A stretch of 64,000 nt of DNA from Gemmatales bacterium (GCA_041640595.1 JBEPZY010000001.1:800001-864000); one strand, 5' to 3'; positions 28,198 through 39,308 are shown, counted from the stretch's first letter. Numbers and translations are program-made. Notes: generated by a model not told the origin, from the sequence alone.

Positions 28198-29676
28198 CTA
28201 AAGATTCGGAATCCACATCCGGGCGACGTTGAAATAAATGGCAATCCCGGTTACGTCCACAAACGTCGCCACGAACGGGCTGGAAGCAAAGGCGGGATCC
28301 AGCCCAACCGAGCGAAACAGAAGCGGCAGCATGGAACCGACTAAGGTTCCCCATAAACAGATGCAGGCTACAGCTAAGCCCACAATTACGCCCAAACGCC
28401 AGCCTTCTAACCGTTGCACAGTGACGAGGTCGTTCCTGACTTCCTCGGTAAAAGCCCGCTCGGTGGTATTCGCCAACGGTTCTGCTCCAGCGACTCGATT
28501 GCCAGGCCGTAAATTGAGCAGGTCGGGATTGACCCATTCGACTGCATAACTGCGAACAAAACCAATCAGCCCCAGCGTCATTCCCAGAGCCAGGCCCATG
28601 AGCAATTCATGCCGCAGCACTTTCCACCACTGTTGCACCGAAACCTGTCCTAAAGCCAGAGCACGGGTGATCAAGGTAGCAGCCTGAGAACCGGAATTGC
28701 CGCCGGTAGAAATGCACAGTGGCACAAACATTGCCAGTACCACCACCTTGGCGATTTCTTCCTCAAAGTAAGCGAGAGCCGTAAAGGTAAACATTTCCGC
28801 CACGAACAAGCACGCCAGCCAGCCGACGCGGCGACGCCAAACGTAGAAAAAGTCCGCCTCCAGGTAATTCTCGATCGGCAACAAACCGCCTCCCTTTTGT
28901 ACGTCTTCGGTGGCTGCCGAGACGACCACATCAATGACGTCGTCGTAGGTTACAATGCCGAGGAGACGCTGTTGATCGTCCACGACGGGAATAGCCAGCA
29001 AATCGTAGCGGCTTAGCTTTTGCGCAACGGATTCCCGGTCTTCGCTGGCGTGCACGGCAATGATGTCCCGTTCCATCAAGTCTTCCACCAGGCGATGCCG
29101 TGGCGCCAGAATCAGGTCGCGCAAGGAAACTACTCCGAGCAAGCGTCGCTGCTCATCCAGGACATAGACGTAGTAAATCGTCTCGCTGTCCGGCGCCTGC
29201 AGTCGCAATCGTTCCAGAGCTTCGGCCACGGTGATGCGGGCAGGGACCCAGGCATAATCAGTGGTCATTATCGCGCCGGCAGTGTTATCGGCATAGCTCT
29301 GGAGTGTGGCAATATCGCGGCGGTCAGCTTCATCTACCAGACGGAGCAAACCTTCCCGCACAGCCGGGAGCAGGCGTTGCAACAGGTCCACGCGGTCGTC
29401 ATGGGACATTTGTTCGATGAGTCGTGCCATGTGGTGCCGACCCGCCCCTTCGACCATGCGAATCTGCCATTCCGGCGGAAAGTACTCAAAGATGCGGGCT
29501 TGCGTTTTGATGTCCGTGTTCTGCAGAAACCGCCACACCTCCTCCACTTCAATTCCATCATGCAACGCTTCCGCTACGGTGGCGGGATGCAGGTCTTCGC
29601 AAAATGCCTTCATCGCGGCAACATCGTTTTCTTCGAGCATTTGCCGCACTTCTGGCGTAAAAAGCGGGTGTGCCAT
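28198..29676 (-). CDS. mgtE: Magnesium transporter MgtE
   Basis: N-domain and CBS pair ('TAGAIMTTDY', 'YDLLAIPVVD'); TM 'GGNSGSQ', 'DPAFASSPFVATFVDVTG'. Confidence 0.96.
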   Translation of the reverse strand: MAHPLFTPEVRQMLEENDVAAMKAFCEDLHPATVAEALHDGIEVEEVWRFLQNTDIKTQARIFEYFPPEWQIRMVEGAGRHHMARLIEQMSHDDRVDLLQRLLPAVREGLLRLVDEADRRDIATLQSYADNTAGAIMTTDYAWVPARITVAEALERLRLQAPDSETIYYVYVLDEQRRLLGVVSLRDLILAPRHRLVEDLMERDIIAVHASEDRESVAQKLSRYDLLAIPVVDDQQRLLGIVTYDDVIDVVVSAATEDVQKGGGLLPIENYLEADFFYVWRRRVGWLACLFVAEMFTFTALAYFEEEIAKVVVLAMFVPLCISTGGNSGSQAATLITRALALGQVSVQQWWKVLRHELLMGLALGMTLGLIGFVRSYAVEWVNPDLLNLRPGNRVAGAEPLANTTERAFTEEVRNDLVTVQRLEGWRLGVIVGLAVACICLWGTLVGSMLPLLFRSVGLDPAFASSPFVATFVDVTGIAIYFNVARMWIPNL

Positions 29677-29839
29677 GCCTCGAGCCTCCGGTACGAAAGT
29701 ATCTCCAACCGGGCAGTGCCGATTGCACTATAATACGCCTGCTCACCAACCTGCAGTATCGGTTCCACCACCGGTATAATGCTCTGGTCGGTTCTCAAAA
29801 AATATGGCGCCGGCGAAAGAAAGGAGGTGAACAAGGCGT

Positions 29840-30058
29840 ATGGCAAAAGAACCGGGTATTCAAGTGGAAGGCCGTGTCAAAGAAGCACTGGCCAACATGC
29901 AATTTCGCGTCGAACTCGATAATGGGCACATTGTAACCGCTCACGTCTCCGGAAAGATGCGCAAGAATTTCATCCGCATCGTTCCCGGCGACCGCGTCAC
30001 TGTGGAATTGTCGCCGTATGACCTGTCAAAAGGTCGGATTGTTTACCGCGCAAAATAG
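29840..30058 (+). CDS. infA: Translation initiation factor IF-1
   Basis: 'FRVELDNGH...[34 protein letters not shown]'; AAGGAGG RBS; TATAAT at 29775-29780. Confidence 0.98.
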   Translation: MAKEPGIQVEGRVKEALANMQFRVELDNGHIVTAHVSGKMRKNFIRIVPGDRVTVELSPYDLSKGRIVYRAK

Positions 30059-30124
30059 CTCCCGCCTGACCCTCCATGATCCCGCCTTTGCTCGTTTTCA
30101 GGACAAACTTGCCAGGTTGCATGT

Positions 30125-31522
30125 TCAGGGTAGCGGCACATCACGGAAACTAAACGGAATTTGCGTCGGCACTATGTCCCACTCGTAGTAAACCAGCTTC
30201 AATTGCTCGGATTTCGGTTTGCCCCCGAGAATCCGACCGATGCCGATTTTGGGGGCTGCATTGCCGTCGTCGCGGTAGAAAGTCAAGGTCCCCTCAGCAC
30301 TGTCGGCGTTAGTAGTCCAGGACATGGCGCCGCCACTATTGAGTTCGCTCCCTTTGGCATCGAAGAGTTTGATCCGCTGCGGTACACTGTGCACCCAGTT
30401 GGGATCGCGCCGGTTGGGTTCGCCCACGCGCGACACTCGTAGCCGTACCTGAACCGATTGGCCGTCATCGCGCACTTCTTCTACCTGCACCGTCGTCCCG
30501 TTTTTCTCCACACGTTTGCCTTTGGCCGAAGCAGCGTCGTCGAAGGTGATAATGGGCCTTTCCGCTGCTACCACCGTGGCATCAATCTGGCCGCGAAAGA
30601 TTTTCAGCTTGCCACCAAGGTTGCCCGGTAGCAGTTGGGCAGAAACCTGCTGCTGGTACATGCGACCGCCGCCATAGTAGTAACTGACGAACCGGTTGCC
30701 ATTATCCGGTCGGGGCATCTGGCGCGACACACCTGTATCGTCTATCGCTTCTTCAACGTGGACATCCCGCACCCCTGTGAATGCATAACGAGGTTCGATG
30801 GTGACCCGCAGACTCACATTCAGCGACTCGCTCCGTTGGATGGTTCCGCTGTTATTCCACCGAGTCGGGCCGGTCATGAACGATAGCGAGCGATTGTAGT
30901 GGAAGCCCACCACAGTTACGCGGAACGGGCCGCTTAGCGAGGTGTAGCTCGGATGCGATTCTCCTGGTTCCAGACGAATGGTTTTACCATTGGCACTGTA
31001 CCATCCCTCTACGTAGCTGACACCCGCTTTTTTGCACAAGTCATCCAGGGCTTCCCAAAAGGTAACGTTTTGCCAATCCCAGTTGTAAACGACGCGGCCT
31101 TCGGCGGTGTCTGGCATGGCGGGTAGTTCGATGCGGTAACCCGTGGCCTGACTGAGCTCACGAATTGTCTCCTGCAACGTCACGCCTTTCAATTGCAGCC
31201 GCAACCGCGTGGGCGTGAGTGTTGGGGCCGCATTGAAACGAGCCAGCAATTGTCGCAGATGGCGCTGCACGGTCGGATCGGCCTCTTTCGATAAAGCTTC
31301 CTCCAGAAACGGGATCACCTCTACGCCAAAAGAGGCCAGCTTCTCTTCAGCCTCCTCACGCACGCGAAATTCCGGCGATCCGAGCTTGCCGATCCATTTC
31401 AAAACCTCGGCCCGGTCGAGAGAAGGCTTCGCAGGGGCCGGCTTGTTCTCGTTCTGTCCGACCACCAGGCTCAAATGGACCAGTATGCCCGTTACAACCG
31501 CTACAAGAACGCTTTGACGCAT
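30125..31522 (-). CDS. Exported hypothetical protein with an N-terminal HEAT-like helical motif
   Basis: Signal peptide; 'LGSPEFRVREEAEEKL' HEAT-like repeat followed by beta-rich domains; AGGAGG RBS. Confidence 0.75.
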   Translation of the reverse strand: MRQSVLVAVVTGILVHLSLVVGQNENKPAPAKPSLDRAEVLKWIGKLGSPEFRVREEAEEKLASFGVEVIPFLEEALSKEADPTVQRHLRQLLARFNAAPTLTPTRLRLQLKGVTLQETIRELSQATGYRIELPAMPDTAEGRVVYNWDWQNVTFWEALDDLCKKAGVSYVEGWYSANGKTIRLEPGESHPSYTSLSGPFRVTVVGFHYNRSLSFMTGPTRWNNSGTIQRSESLNVSLRVTIEPRYAFTGVRDVHVEEAIDDTGVSRQMPRPDNGNRFVSYYYGGGRMYQQQVSAQLLPGNLGGKLKIFRGQIDATVVAAERPIITFDDAASAKGKRVEKNGTTVQVEEVRDDGQSVQVRLRVSRVGEPNRRDPNWVHSVPQRIKLFDAKGSELNSGGAMSWTTNADSAEGTLTFYRDDGNAAPKIGIGRILGGKPKSEQLKLVYYEWDIVPTQIPFSFRDVPLP

Positions 31523-31724
31523 AGTCGTCCCTCCTGCTGGCTTTGCTCTTAGTATAAGGAAAGGAGCCTTCGTTTGCTACAATCTAGCCTGCGCTGGATG
31601 CGCAGGATGCTTTTGCAGCAAGTTTGCACCGGCTATCCTCGCCCTCGGACTCAGCACGACCGACACTTTGCGTAGAATCGTTACGGCCATATTCCCCACT
31701 AATTGTGACGACCAACGAACTTCC

Positions 31725-32801
31725 ATGCAACGCTCCAACCGCCCCAGGCTGCTTGTGACGCTGGGTGATGTCGCTGGCATCGGGCCGGAGATCGTGCTTC
31801 GCGGCTGGCCGGAGTTGATCCGTTTCGGTGTGCCGACCGTCGTGGGAGATGTGGCTAGCTTACGGCGGCAGGCACGCCTTTTCCGTTTGCCCTATCGCAT
31901 CGAGCCGGTAGCCCACGCCGTGAGCGATTCAGTTACGGATACCGTCATACCCTGCATTCAAGCCACCGAACGGGATTTGCAGGCGGTGGATTTCGGTCAG
32001 GTTCACCCGGCTGCCGGTGGGGCTGCTTACGATTTTCTGTGCCGCGCAGTGGCGGAAGTTCAGACGGGGCATGCGGATGCCATCGTAACAGCTCCGATCA
32101 ACAAGGCAGCCCTCGCGGCGGCGGGGCTAACGTATCCGGGACACACCGAGATACTGGCGGAGCTGTGTGGAGTGCAACGGTTCGCCATGATGTTATTCGC
32201 ATGTCGGAACCATGATCCCGCTGCACCGGGTGATGGGTTATCCAGCCGGTCAGCGAGCACCGATTGGCAAAGCGAAACCCTCAATGGCTGGGGCGTAGCA
32301 CACGTCACACTTCATGTCCGGCTGCGGGATATCTTTGAACGGATTACGACACCGGCCGTACTTGAAAAAACCGAACTGCTCGGCCACCTGCTGCAAAGAC
32401 TGCTGCGCCGTCCCCCACGATTGGCCGTTTGTGCTCTCAATCCGCATGCCAGCGATGGCGGATTATTCGGCGATGAAGAAGACAGAATCATTCGGCCGGC
32501 GATCGAAGAAGCTCGTCGTCGCGGCTGGGAAGTAACCGGCCCCTGGCCTGCCGACACTCTGTTTCCACGAGCAGCTCGCGGAGAAGTGGACGGCATTGTA
32601 GCCATGTATCACGACCAGGGCCATATTCCGTTCAAACTCCTGGCCGGATTCCGAGCCGTTAATGTTACGCTTGGCTTGCCCTTTGTGCGAACCAGCGTGG
32701 CGCACGGAACGGGTTATGACATTGCCGGACGGGGCGTGGCGGATGTGACCAGTCTTATCGAAGCCACGCGCGTCGCCGCTCGGTTGGCACAAATCCGTTA
32801 G
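31725..32801 (+). CDS. pdxA: 4-hydroxythreonine-4-phosphate dehydrogenase (PdxA family)
   Basis: 'GDVAGIGPE', 'TAPINK', 'GHTE', 'LNPHA', 'AMYHDQG', 'GLPFVRTSVAHGT'. Confidence 0.95.
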   Translation: MQRSNRPRLLVTLGDVAGIGPEIVLRGWPELIRFGVPTVVGDVASLRRQARLFRLPYRIEPVAHAVSDSVTDTVIPCIQATERDLQAVDFGQVHPAAGGAAYDFLCRAVAEVQTGHADAIVTAPINKAALAAAGLTYPGHTEILAELCGVQRFAMMLFACRNHDPAAPGDGLSSRSASTDWQSETLNGWGVAHVTLHVRLRDIFERITTPAVLEKTELLGHLLQRLLRRPPRLAVCALNPHASDGGLFGDEEDRIIRPAIEEARRRGWEVTGPWPADTLFPRAARGEVDGIVAMYHDQGHIPFKLLAGFRAVNVTLGLPFVRTSVAHGTGYDIAGRGVADVTSLIEATRVAARLAQIR

Positions 32802-32813
32802 TGGAACCGCGTT

Positions 32814-34202
32814 TCACAAAAGGGCCGTGATCGGCTGCCCTTGCACCAGATGATACGGACGTCCCTGGGCGTCGTATATCAGCGTTTCCGGGTCCAATCC
32901 AAGCAAATGGTAAATCGTGGCAAACAAGTCTTGCGGCGTAACTGGTTGGGAAGTGGGAAATGCTCCGATGCGGTCGGAAGCTCCGTACACCACTCCGCCC
33001 GGCAAGCCGCCTCCGGCCAGGACCACGCTAAAACACTGCGGCCAGTGATCGCGGCCAGCATTGCTGTTGAATCGCGGCGTGCGACCAAATTCTCCCATCA
33101 CCACGACCATCGTCTCTTGCAACAATCCTCGTGCCTCGAGGTCCTCCAGCAAAGAAGCCAGGGCCGCATCGGTGGGCGGAAACAGTTCCTTTTCGCACCA
33201 GGCCAGGTGGTCGCGATGACTGTCGTATCCCTGGCCACCCTTGCCGTTGTCGTGACGCACCCAATTAACCTGCACAAGCCGCACTCCCGCTTCAATGAGC
33301 CGACGAGCGAGCAATACTGATTGACCAAACGTATGCCGACCATAGCGATCCCGGTCTCGCTCTGGTTCCTTCGTGATATCGAAAGCTGCCTGGGCTGTGG
33401 GCGACGACAGCAAGTCGAATGCCTGCTTCAGATAGGGATCAATTGCCGACACGCTTTCCGCCTTCTCCAAGGCCTGGCTTTGCTGATTGACCACTTTCAA
33501 AATTGAGCGGCGAGTTTCCAATCGCTCCAGGTTCAGATCGTCGGGCAGCCTGAGTTCTCCGGGGCAATAATCAGGCAAGTTCGGATCCCTCTCGACCCGG
33601 TAAGGGTCATACGCTGCTCCCAGAAAACCAGCGTGCTGTCCAGGTCGCGGTGGCCCGACGGGGGAAATAAGCTCGGGTACGGTTACGTAAGCCGGCAGTC
33701 CGGCCCGTCGAGGACCCAGAAAACGGGCGAGCACCGAACCAAGGTGGGGTCTATCCTCCCGGCTGAGCGTTACCGATTGCGGAGCGGGGCGATTGATCGG
33801 GTTGCCCGTCATCATCCAGTACGATGCAGCGGGATGATTGCCCGTGGTGTGATGGACGGAGCGAATCACCACCAATTTGTCCGCCAGCTTAGCTGTACGG
33901 GGAAAATGCTCGCAAACCTGCAATCCCGGAACTCTGGTGCGGATCGGACGAAACGTGCCGCGTATTTCCTCCGGTGCCTCCGGTTTCATGTCGAAAGTGT
34001 CCAGATGCGATGGCCCGCCGGAAAGAAAAAGGACAATCACGGCTCGCGCTTTGGCAAACCGTTTCTGGGCACCCATGACCTGGTTTCGCAATAATCCCGG
34101 CAAACTCAGCCCCAAAGCGCTTGAGGCACCAATCTGCAAAACCTCCCGGCGAGACCACCCATCGCAAAAGCGTACCCCGCGCGGACTTACCAAACGCAGC
34201 AT
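32814..34202 (-). CDS. DUF1501 family protein
   Basis: 'SRREVL' Tat-like motif, 'GGPSHLDTFDMKP', '[11 protein letters not shown]', 'GEFGRTP', 'GRDHW'. Confidence 0.92.
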   Translation of the reverse strand: MLRLVSPRGVRFCDGWSRREVLQIGASSALGLSLPGLLRNQVMGAQKRFAKARAVIVLFLSGGPSHLDTFDMKPEAPEEIRGTFRPIRTRVPGLQVCEHFPRTAKLADKLVVIRSVHHTTGNHPAASYWMMTGNPINRPAPQSVTLSREDRPHLGSVLARFLGPRRAGLPAYVTVPELISPVGPPRPGQHAGFLGAAYDPYRVERDPNLPDYCPGELRLPDDLNLERLETRRSILKVVNQQSQALEKAESVSAIDPYLKQAFDLLSSPTAQAAFDITKEPERDRDRYGRHTFGQSVLLARRLIEAGVRLVQVNWVRHDNGKGGQGYDSHRDHLAWCEKELFPPTDAALASLLEDLEARGLLQETMVVVMGEFGRTPRFNSNAGRDHWPQCFSVVLAGGGLPGGVVYGASDRIGAFPTSQPVTPQDLFATIYHLLGLDPETLIYDAQGRPYHLVQGQPITALL

Positions 34203-34602
34203 GGCAGGCTCCTTCTGGCAGGGGTTCGGCACTGGCTTACGTGCCGAACCACATCAAAGGCAGGGCCGATTGAAGCAAGCTAAAAAGCGGTTCGAGCAAG
34301 CATGGTCAGCTTTCGCTTCCCCTGCACATCCCTTTGCGCTCGAGGCTCCTGAAGAGTTATGCTACAGGACAACCAACTGCCAGGCAACCGGCATTTTCCA
34401 ATGCGAGAACAACCGAAGTGAAGAACTTTCTTACATTGGTCGCACGAGATTCGGCCGCGGGAAAATTGGAGACCGTAGCAAGTTTGCTGTCAGCCCAAGC
34501 AGCTAATGACCGGCGGTAGTATGGGCTGATCATTTTGGAAAACCGGCTGGCCGAGCGCGTGCCCTTTTGCTGACTATCACCGGCGCTTGCCACAGTTCTG
34601 TT

Positions 34603-36075
34603 TCACCTGTCGCTGCGCTTTCCAGCTGGGTCCGGAGGTAATTTTTGCGTAACCGCTCTGGTTAAATCGCCCAGGCTAAGGGGCCGTCGCAAAACGTGCA
34701 CCATCGGTTCGCTTTGCAATTGCTCCGCGAGATCGTTCTGAGTTTCCGACACAATGGCGTAGGCGGCAACGGACAGGTTTTTTTCGTGGGCACGACGAAT
34801 CAGCTTTTGCAAAACCTCCGCCCCTTCTTCTCCGACGCTGCCAACATCCACGATCACGCCGGCATAAGGCTGCTGCTCGAACCGTTCTAACGCCCGCTCG
34901 GGCATGGTTGACAGTAACACGCGGTAACCGAGCTTTTTCAGCTTATCGCGAATAAGCTCCTGCAGACGCTCATTCCGCTCCACGACAAAGACGGTGACCG
35001 TGGGCGTAGAGTTGCTGGCTATTTCCGCGCGATTTCCCAGGGTTTGCCCGAGCTGGGCTCGCACCTGGCGAATCTGTTCGAGCAATTGCTGGGGTGTTTG
35101 AGGACGCAGGTTCGGGTCGAGAGCCATCATGGAACGCACCAGATGCACCACCGGTAAGAAACCCTGTACTTCCTCCGGACGCAGTTGCGGAATAGCCAGA
35201 AAGCGTTCCCTGCTGCCACGAAACTGACGGTCGCGGGTCGGCTGCAATGCCGGTCGTCCGGTCAACATCTCGTACGCTATGCAGCCCAAAAAGAAGATGT
35301 CGCTTCTGGTGTCATTCGGCGGAGCGTTGGTAGCTTTTTCCAGACCCGCGTAGTCCAGGGTGCGTTCCACCTGAACGCGTTCCTCTTCGTCCAGAATACT
35401 TTCATCGAAGCGGAAAATCTGGGCCAGACCGAAATCTACGAGCTTTGCCGTACCCTGTGCGGATAACAGCACGTTGCTGGGTTTGAGGTCGCGATGGGTA
35501 ATCCCGCGCGAAAATGCATACGCAAGACCCGACGCCATATCTTCCAGTAACCGCAAAGTTTCCCCTACTTCAAAACGTTTGCGAATCGTCAGCAGGTCTC
35601 GCAAATTGCCGCCTTCAACGAATTCCATGACCATGAAATGCTGATCCGTCGCCTTATCGTGATCCACCATCAGGGTCTGGACAATGTTGGGATGCTTGAG
35701 CGACATGCCGAGACATGCCTCGCGGACGAACAGTTCCACAACATGTTTGTCCTCCGCCCAGCGGCGTCGTAAAACCTTGATGGCGACGGGTTGCCCGTTG
35801 CTGGGGTCTTCGGCACGGTAAACGCGGCCAAACGTACCCGATGCGATCTTATACTTCAGCACATAGCCGCCGAGGAAGTAACCGATCTTGTCTCCGTGCC
35901 GCAACTTCTCGATTTGGAGGGCGGTCAACAAGCCCCGCCGTTCCAGCGCGCGCAAAAGGTCTTCCGCACTACTATCGGAGGGGAGTTCGTGGAGAACTTC
36001 CTCCATCGTTGCCGGCTTTACCAAACCGAGTGTTTGGACTCGCTGGACTAGGTTGCTCAGAGTGAGTTCCTGCAT
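34603..36075 (-). CDS. Ser/Thr protein kinase with a C-terminal receiver-like domain
   Basis: 'ASGTFGRVY', 'VAIK', 'HRDLKPSN', 'DFG'; C-terminal CheY-like pattern 'VFVVE...LGYRV...VIVD'. Confidence 0.88.
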   Translation of the reverse strand: MQELTLSNLVQRVQTLGLVKPATMEEVLHELPSDSSAEDLLRALERRGLLTALQIEKLRHGDKIGYFLGGYVLKYKIASGTFGRVYRAEDPSNGQPVAIKVLRRRWAEDKHVVELFVREACLGMSLKHPNIVQTLMVDHDKATDQHFMVMEFVEGGNLRDLLTIRKRFEVGETLRLLEDMASGLAYAFSRGITHRDLKPSNVLLSAQGTAKLVDFGLAQIFRFDESILDEEERVQVERTLDYAGLEKATNAPPNDTRSDIFFLGCIAYEMLTGRPALQPTRDRQFRGSRERFLAIPQLRPEEVQGFLPVVHLVRSMMALDPNLRPQTPQQLLEQIRQVRAQLGQTLGNRAEIASNSTPTVTVFVVERNERLQELIRDKLKKLGYRVLLSTMPERALERFEQQPYAGVIVDVGSVGEEGAEVLQKLIRRAHEKNLSVAAYAIVSETQNDLAEQLQSEPMVHVLRRPLSLGDLTRAVTQKLPPDPAGKRSDR

Positions 36076-36322
36076 GGCTCGATGCGTCGTCAGATCGTCC
36101 GAATCCTTGGTGTTTGGAAGCTGCAATCGTTTGTCCCGGCCAGCGAGTCGTTCCCCCTCAGGATTATACCATCGCGGAACTTCTCAAGCTAGCCGACCCT
36201 TGTTTCGCCTGCCGCACTGAGTAATGTAAAAATCTGGCCAGGTTGGCCTGTTTTTGTCCAGGCGGCGTAAAAATATATAAGGCCATTTTCCTCTCTCCGG
36301 CTTCCTCGATGAGGATAAGTCC

Positions 36323-37276
36323 ATGGCGATGATCGAAGTGCGCAATTTGACAAAATACTTCGGCCAGGTGCTGGCGGTCGATCACATTACCTTCAGCGTA
36401 GATAAGGGCGAAATTGTCGGTTTCCTTGGACCCAACGGAGCAGGCAAAACGACAACGATGCGGATTCTGACCACCTATCTATCGGCCAGCAGCGGGTCGG
36501 CCAAAGTAGCTGGGTACGATGTTATGCAGCAGTCCCGCGAGGTTCGCCAGCACCTCGGCTATTTGCCGGAACAGGTGCCGCTCTACAACGAAATGCGGGT
36601 TGAGGAATACCTCCATTTCCGTGCGCGTTTGAAGCAGGTAGATCGCCGAATGCGTACCAAACGCGTCGAATATGTTTTAGAGCGATGCCGCATTTTGCCG
36701 GTGCGACGGCGTTTGATTGGCACGCTGTCACGCGGTTATCGCCAGCGTGTGGGTCTGGCTGACGCACTGGTTCACGATCCGCCCATCCTGATCCTGGACG
36801 AACCAACCTCCGGACTCGACCCCGGACAACAGCAGGAAACACTCAATTTGATTCGCGAGCTCGGTCAGGACCACACCGTGCTGCTTTCCACCCATATTTT
36901 GCCGGAAGTAGAGGAAGTGTGTCAGCGGGTGATCATCATCAACCAGGGGCGAATCGCGTTGCAGGACCGTCTGAGTTCGCTTCAGCGTGATAGCCACATT
37001 GTTCTGGAAGTCAAAGCTCCCGCCGAGGAAGCGCAGCGCCTCCTGCAAAGTATTGATGGCGTCCGCAGAGTGCATGCGGTGCCCACTGAAGATGGTGCGG
37101 ACGGCATTTGCGGCTTCCACCTCGAAACGGTGGACAACCGGGACCTGCGATTGGCGATTGCCGAACGCCTGCTCCAGCAGCGCTGGCCTATCCGCCGTCT
37201 TGACCTGCGGCGGCGGTCGCTGCGTGATTTGTTTATCCAGGTAACCGCCGGTCGCACTCAAACCTACGCCGCCTAG
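36323..37276 (+). CDS. ABC transporter ATP-binding protein (GldA-like)
   Basis: 'GPNGAGKTT', 'LSRGYRQRVGLA', 'LILDEPTSGLDP', 'STHIL'. Confidence 0.93.
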   Translation: MAMIEVRNLTKYFGQVLAVDHITFSVDKGEIVGFLGPNGAGKTTTMRILTTYLSASSGSAKVAGYDVMQQSREVRQHLGYLPEQVPLYNEMRVEEYLHFRARLKQVDRRMRTKRVEYVLERCRILPVRRRLIGTLSRGYRQRVGLADALVHDPPILILDEPTSGLDPGQQQETLNLIRELGQDHTVLLSTHILPEVEEVCQRVIIINQGRIALQDRLSSLQRDSHIVLEVKAPAEEAQRLLQSIDGVRRVHAVPTEDGADGICGFHLETVDNRDLRLAIAERLLQQRWPIRRLDLRRRSLRDLFIQVTAGRTQTYAA

Positions 37277-37297
37277 CTCACGGGGTATCTCTCGGAG

Positions 37298-39289
37298 GTG
37301 ACGCCGATGCCTCAACTGGCTGCCGACAAAATTCGAAAGCAAACCGAGGAAGAACTTTTCGGCCCCTCGCGACTGCAAGAGGAAGCTCCTCACTTCGCCC
37401 GCAGCGTGGGCATCTTTGGACTGTTCGTCCTGCTAGCCAGCGCTGTTATGGCCGGTTGGAATGCCATTCGCCTGATCATCGGGGGCGAATCCAGTCAACT
37501 TCCTTTCTTCGGCCGCGGCTGGATAAACTTCTGGGTCACGGCCGGTTCTGCAATGCTCTACTTCCATGCCGCTTTTGATCGAGCCCTTGAAATCCGACGC
37601 AGTTATATGACCCTCGCCTGGCTGGCTCTGGTAAGCGGTGCTCTCGCCGGGTTTATCTGGGTCATCCACGGCTTATGGGGTACGGTAGCCGCTATCGTCG
37701 TCAGTATCCTTGCCGGTCTGATGACACTCGCCGTGACCGTTTCACCGTGGGTTGTGGCGTCCGACCAGGGGTCGGAATCGAACCAGGTTGACGGCGGAGA
37801 GCGAGTTCGAGAAACCATGAACGATTCGACCGCCGAAGCTGCCTCCCCTTCTGCCCCGCCGGTAAACTGGTTTTTCTCCCGCCTGAGCCAACTCGGCTCT
37901 TTCCTGGTTCGCTGGAACAGCCTAATCGGAACAGACGTAGCGGTAACACGAATTACCTTTGCTGCCGCTGTCCTGATAGCTCTGGCCATCATCGTCCCGG
38001 CTCTCCTGGTCGTCCGTTTCCAGTGGAGTGCACTGCCTTCAGTGAGTCTGCTCTCTATGTTGGCCGGGACAGTTTTTTTGATTACTGCCGCTAAGCACGA
38101 AAGAGAGTGGACCTGGCGGCAAGCCGCGGCATACTTGCTGGCGCTAGCGAATTTCGGAGCGACCGTAGTGTTACTGGGCTTCGTGATTCGCGATCTCGTT
38201 CAGACTAACGATCCCGGTATAGTGGCTCCCGCGGGGTTAGTGGCGGGACTGCTGGGGCTGGTATTTTTCCTGGGCCAGGTTAACCTGAGCGGCACCGATG
38301 ACGATTTGAGTTATTATGCTGCCATCGTCTGTTTGTGCCTGACAGGCGCGCTCGTAGCCCTCCTAAGCATTATTCGTAGTTCGTTGCCGCCACTATCCGT
38401 TTACTTGAGCGACACCTGGCGTCCCAGCCCGTACTTCATTCCTAACGGCTTATTATTAGTGATACTTTCAGCCTTGCAAATCATTACCGGACTGGTGACG
38501 GTGTCGAATAACCAGTTGGTAGCCATCTTTCGCCGCGAGCTATTAGCCTACTTCTACACTCCGGCAGCTTATTTAGTCCTGGCAGCTATCGCTTTGCTGG
38601 CTGCCTTTCAGTACTTGGTTTGGATGAGCATTCTGTTAGCAGGAGCTTCCGACCCGGGCTTGCGTGATGTTTTCACCGAACCGGTGATTCGCTGGTACTT
38701 CTATCAGATTCTGCCGGTTTTTGCCTTGCTGGCCATTCCCCCGTTCGTAACGATGCGATTATTTAGTGAGGAAAAGCGCACCGGTACGCTGGAAGTTTTA
38801 TTAGCCGCTCCGGTGAGCGAAACCACGGTGGTGTTGGGTAAATTTTTAGGAGCCTGGGCTTTCTTCCTGGTCGCTTGGGGGATGTGGTTTGTGTTCCCGC
38901 TGATCTTTCGTTTTCTGATGGGACAGCCATTTGACTATAACCCGATGCTTAGTTTTTATGTAGGAACCGGCTTTATGGCGTTATCGTTCATTGCCATCGG
39001 GGTATTTTTCTCGGCGCTGACGGAAAACCAGGTAATCGCGGCGGTGTTGAGTTATGCCGGCGTCTTCGCCATGTTTTTCCCACAATTGCTACACTGGATT
39101 TTCACCTCGGTCCGTGGCGGCGCAGGGGGATGGATAGCCAACGTAATTCGGGAAATAGCGATTCTTCAACAATACGATAACTTCCTCGAGGGACGTATGT
39201 ACTTGCAACATTTGCTCTATCACGTCAGCATCGCGGTGCTTTTCGTATTTCTGACGGTGAGAATCCTTGAATCGCGCAAATGGAAGTAA
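37298..39289 (+). CDS. ABC-2 permease (GldF-like) with a large N-terminal multi-TM extension
   Basis: C-terminal 'AIFRRELLAYFYTP', 'TMRLFSEEKRTGTLEVLL', 'SALTENQVIAA'; about 400 hydrophobic N-terminal residues. Confidence 0.85.
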   Translation: MTPMPQLAADKIRKQTEEELFGPSRLQEEAPHFARSVGIFGLFVLLASAVMAGWNAIRLIIGGESSQLPFFGRGWINFWVTAGSAMLYFHAAFDRALEIRRSYMTLAWLALVSGALAGFIWVIHGLWGTVAAIVVSILAGLMTLAVTVSPWVVASDQGSESNQVDGGERVRETMNDSTAEAASPSAPPVNWFFSRLSQLGSFLVRWNSLIGTDVAVTRITFAAAVLIALAIIVPALLVVRFQWSALPSVSLLSMLAGTVFLITAAKHEREWTWRQAAAYLLALANFGATVVLLGFVIRDLVQTNDPGIVAPAGLVAGLLGLVFFLGQVNLSGTDDDLSYYAAIVCLCLTGALVALLSIIRSSLPPLSVYLSDTWRPSPYFIPNGLLLVILSALQIITGLVTVSNNQLVAIFRRELLAYFYTPAAYLVLAAIALLAAFQYLVWMSILLAGASDPGLRDVFTEPVIRWYFYQILPVFALLAIPPFVTMRLFSEEKRTGTLEVLLAAPVSETTVVLGKFLGAWAFFLVAWGMWFVFPLIFRFLMGQPFDYNPMLSFYVGTGFMALSFIAIGVFFSALTENQVIAAVLSYAGVFAMFFPQLLHWIFTSVRGGAGGWIANVIREIAILQQYDNFLEGRMYLQHLLYHVSIAVLFVFLTVRILESRKWK

Positions 39290-39308
39290 ACAAGGAGGCA
39301 ACGATACT

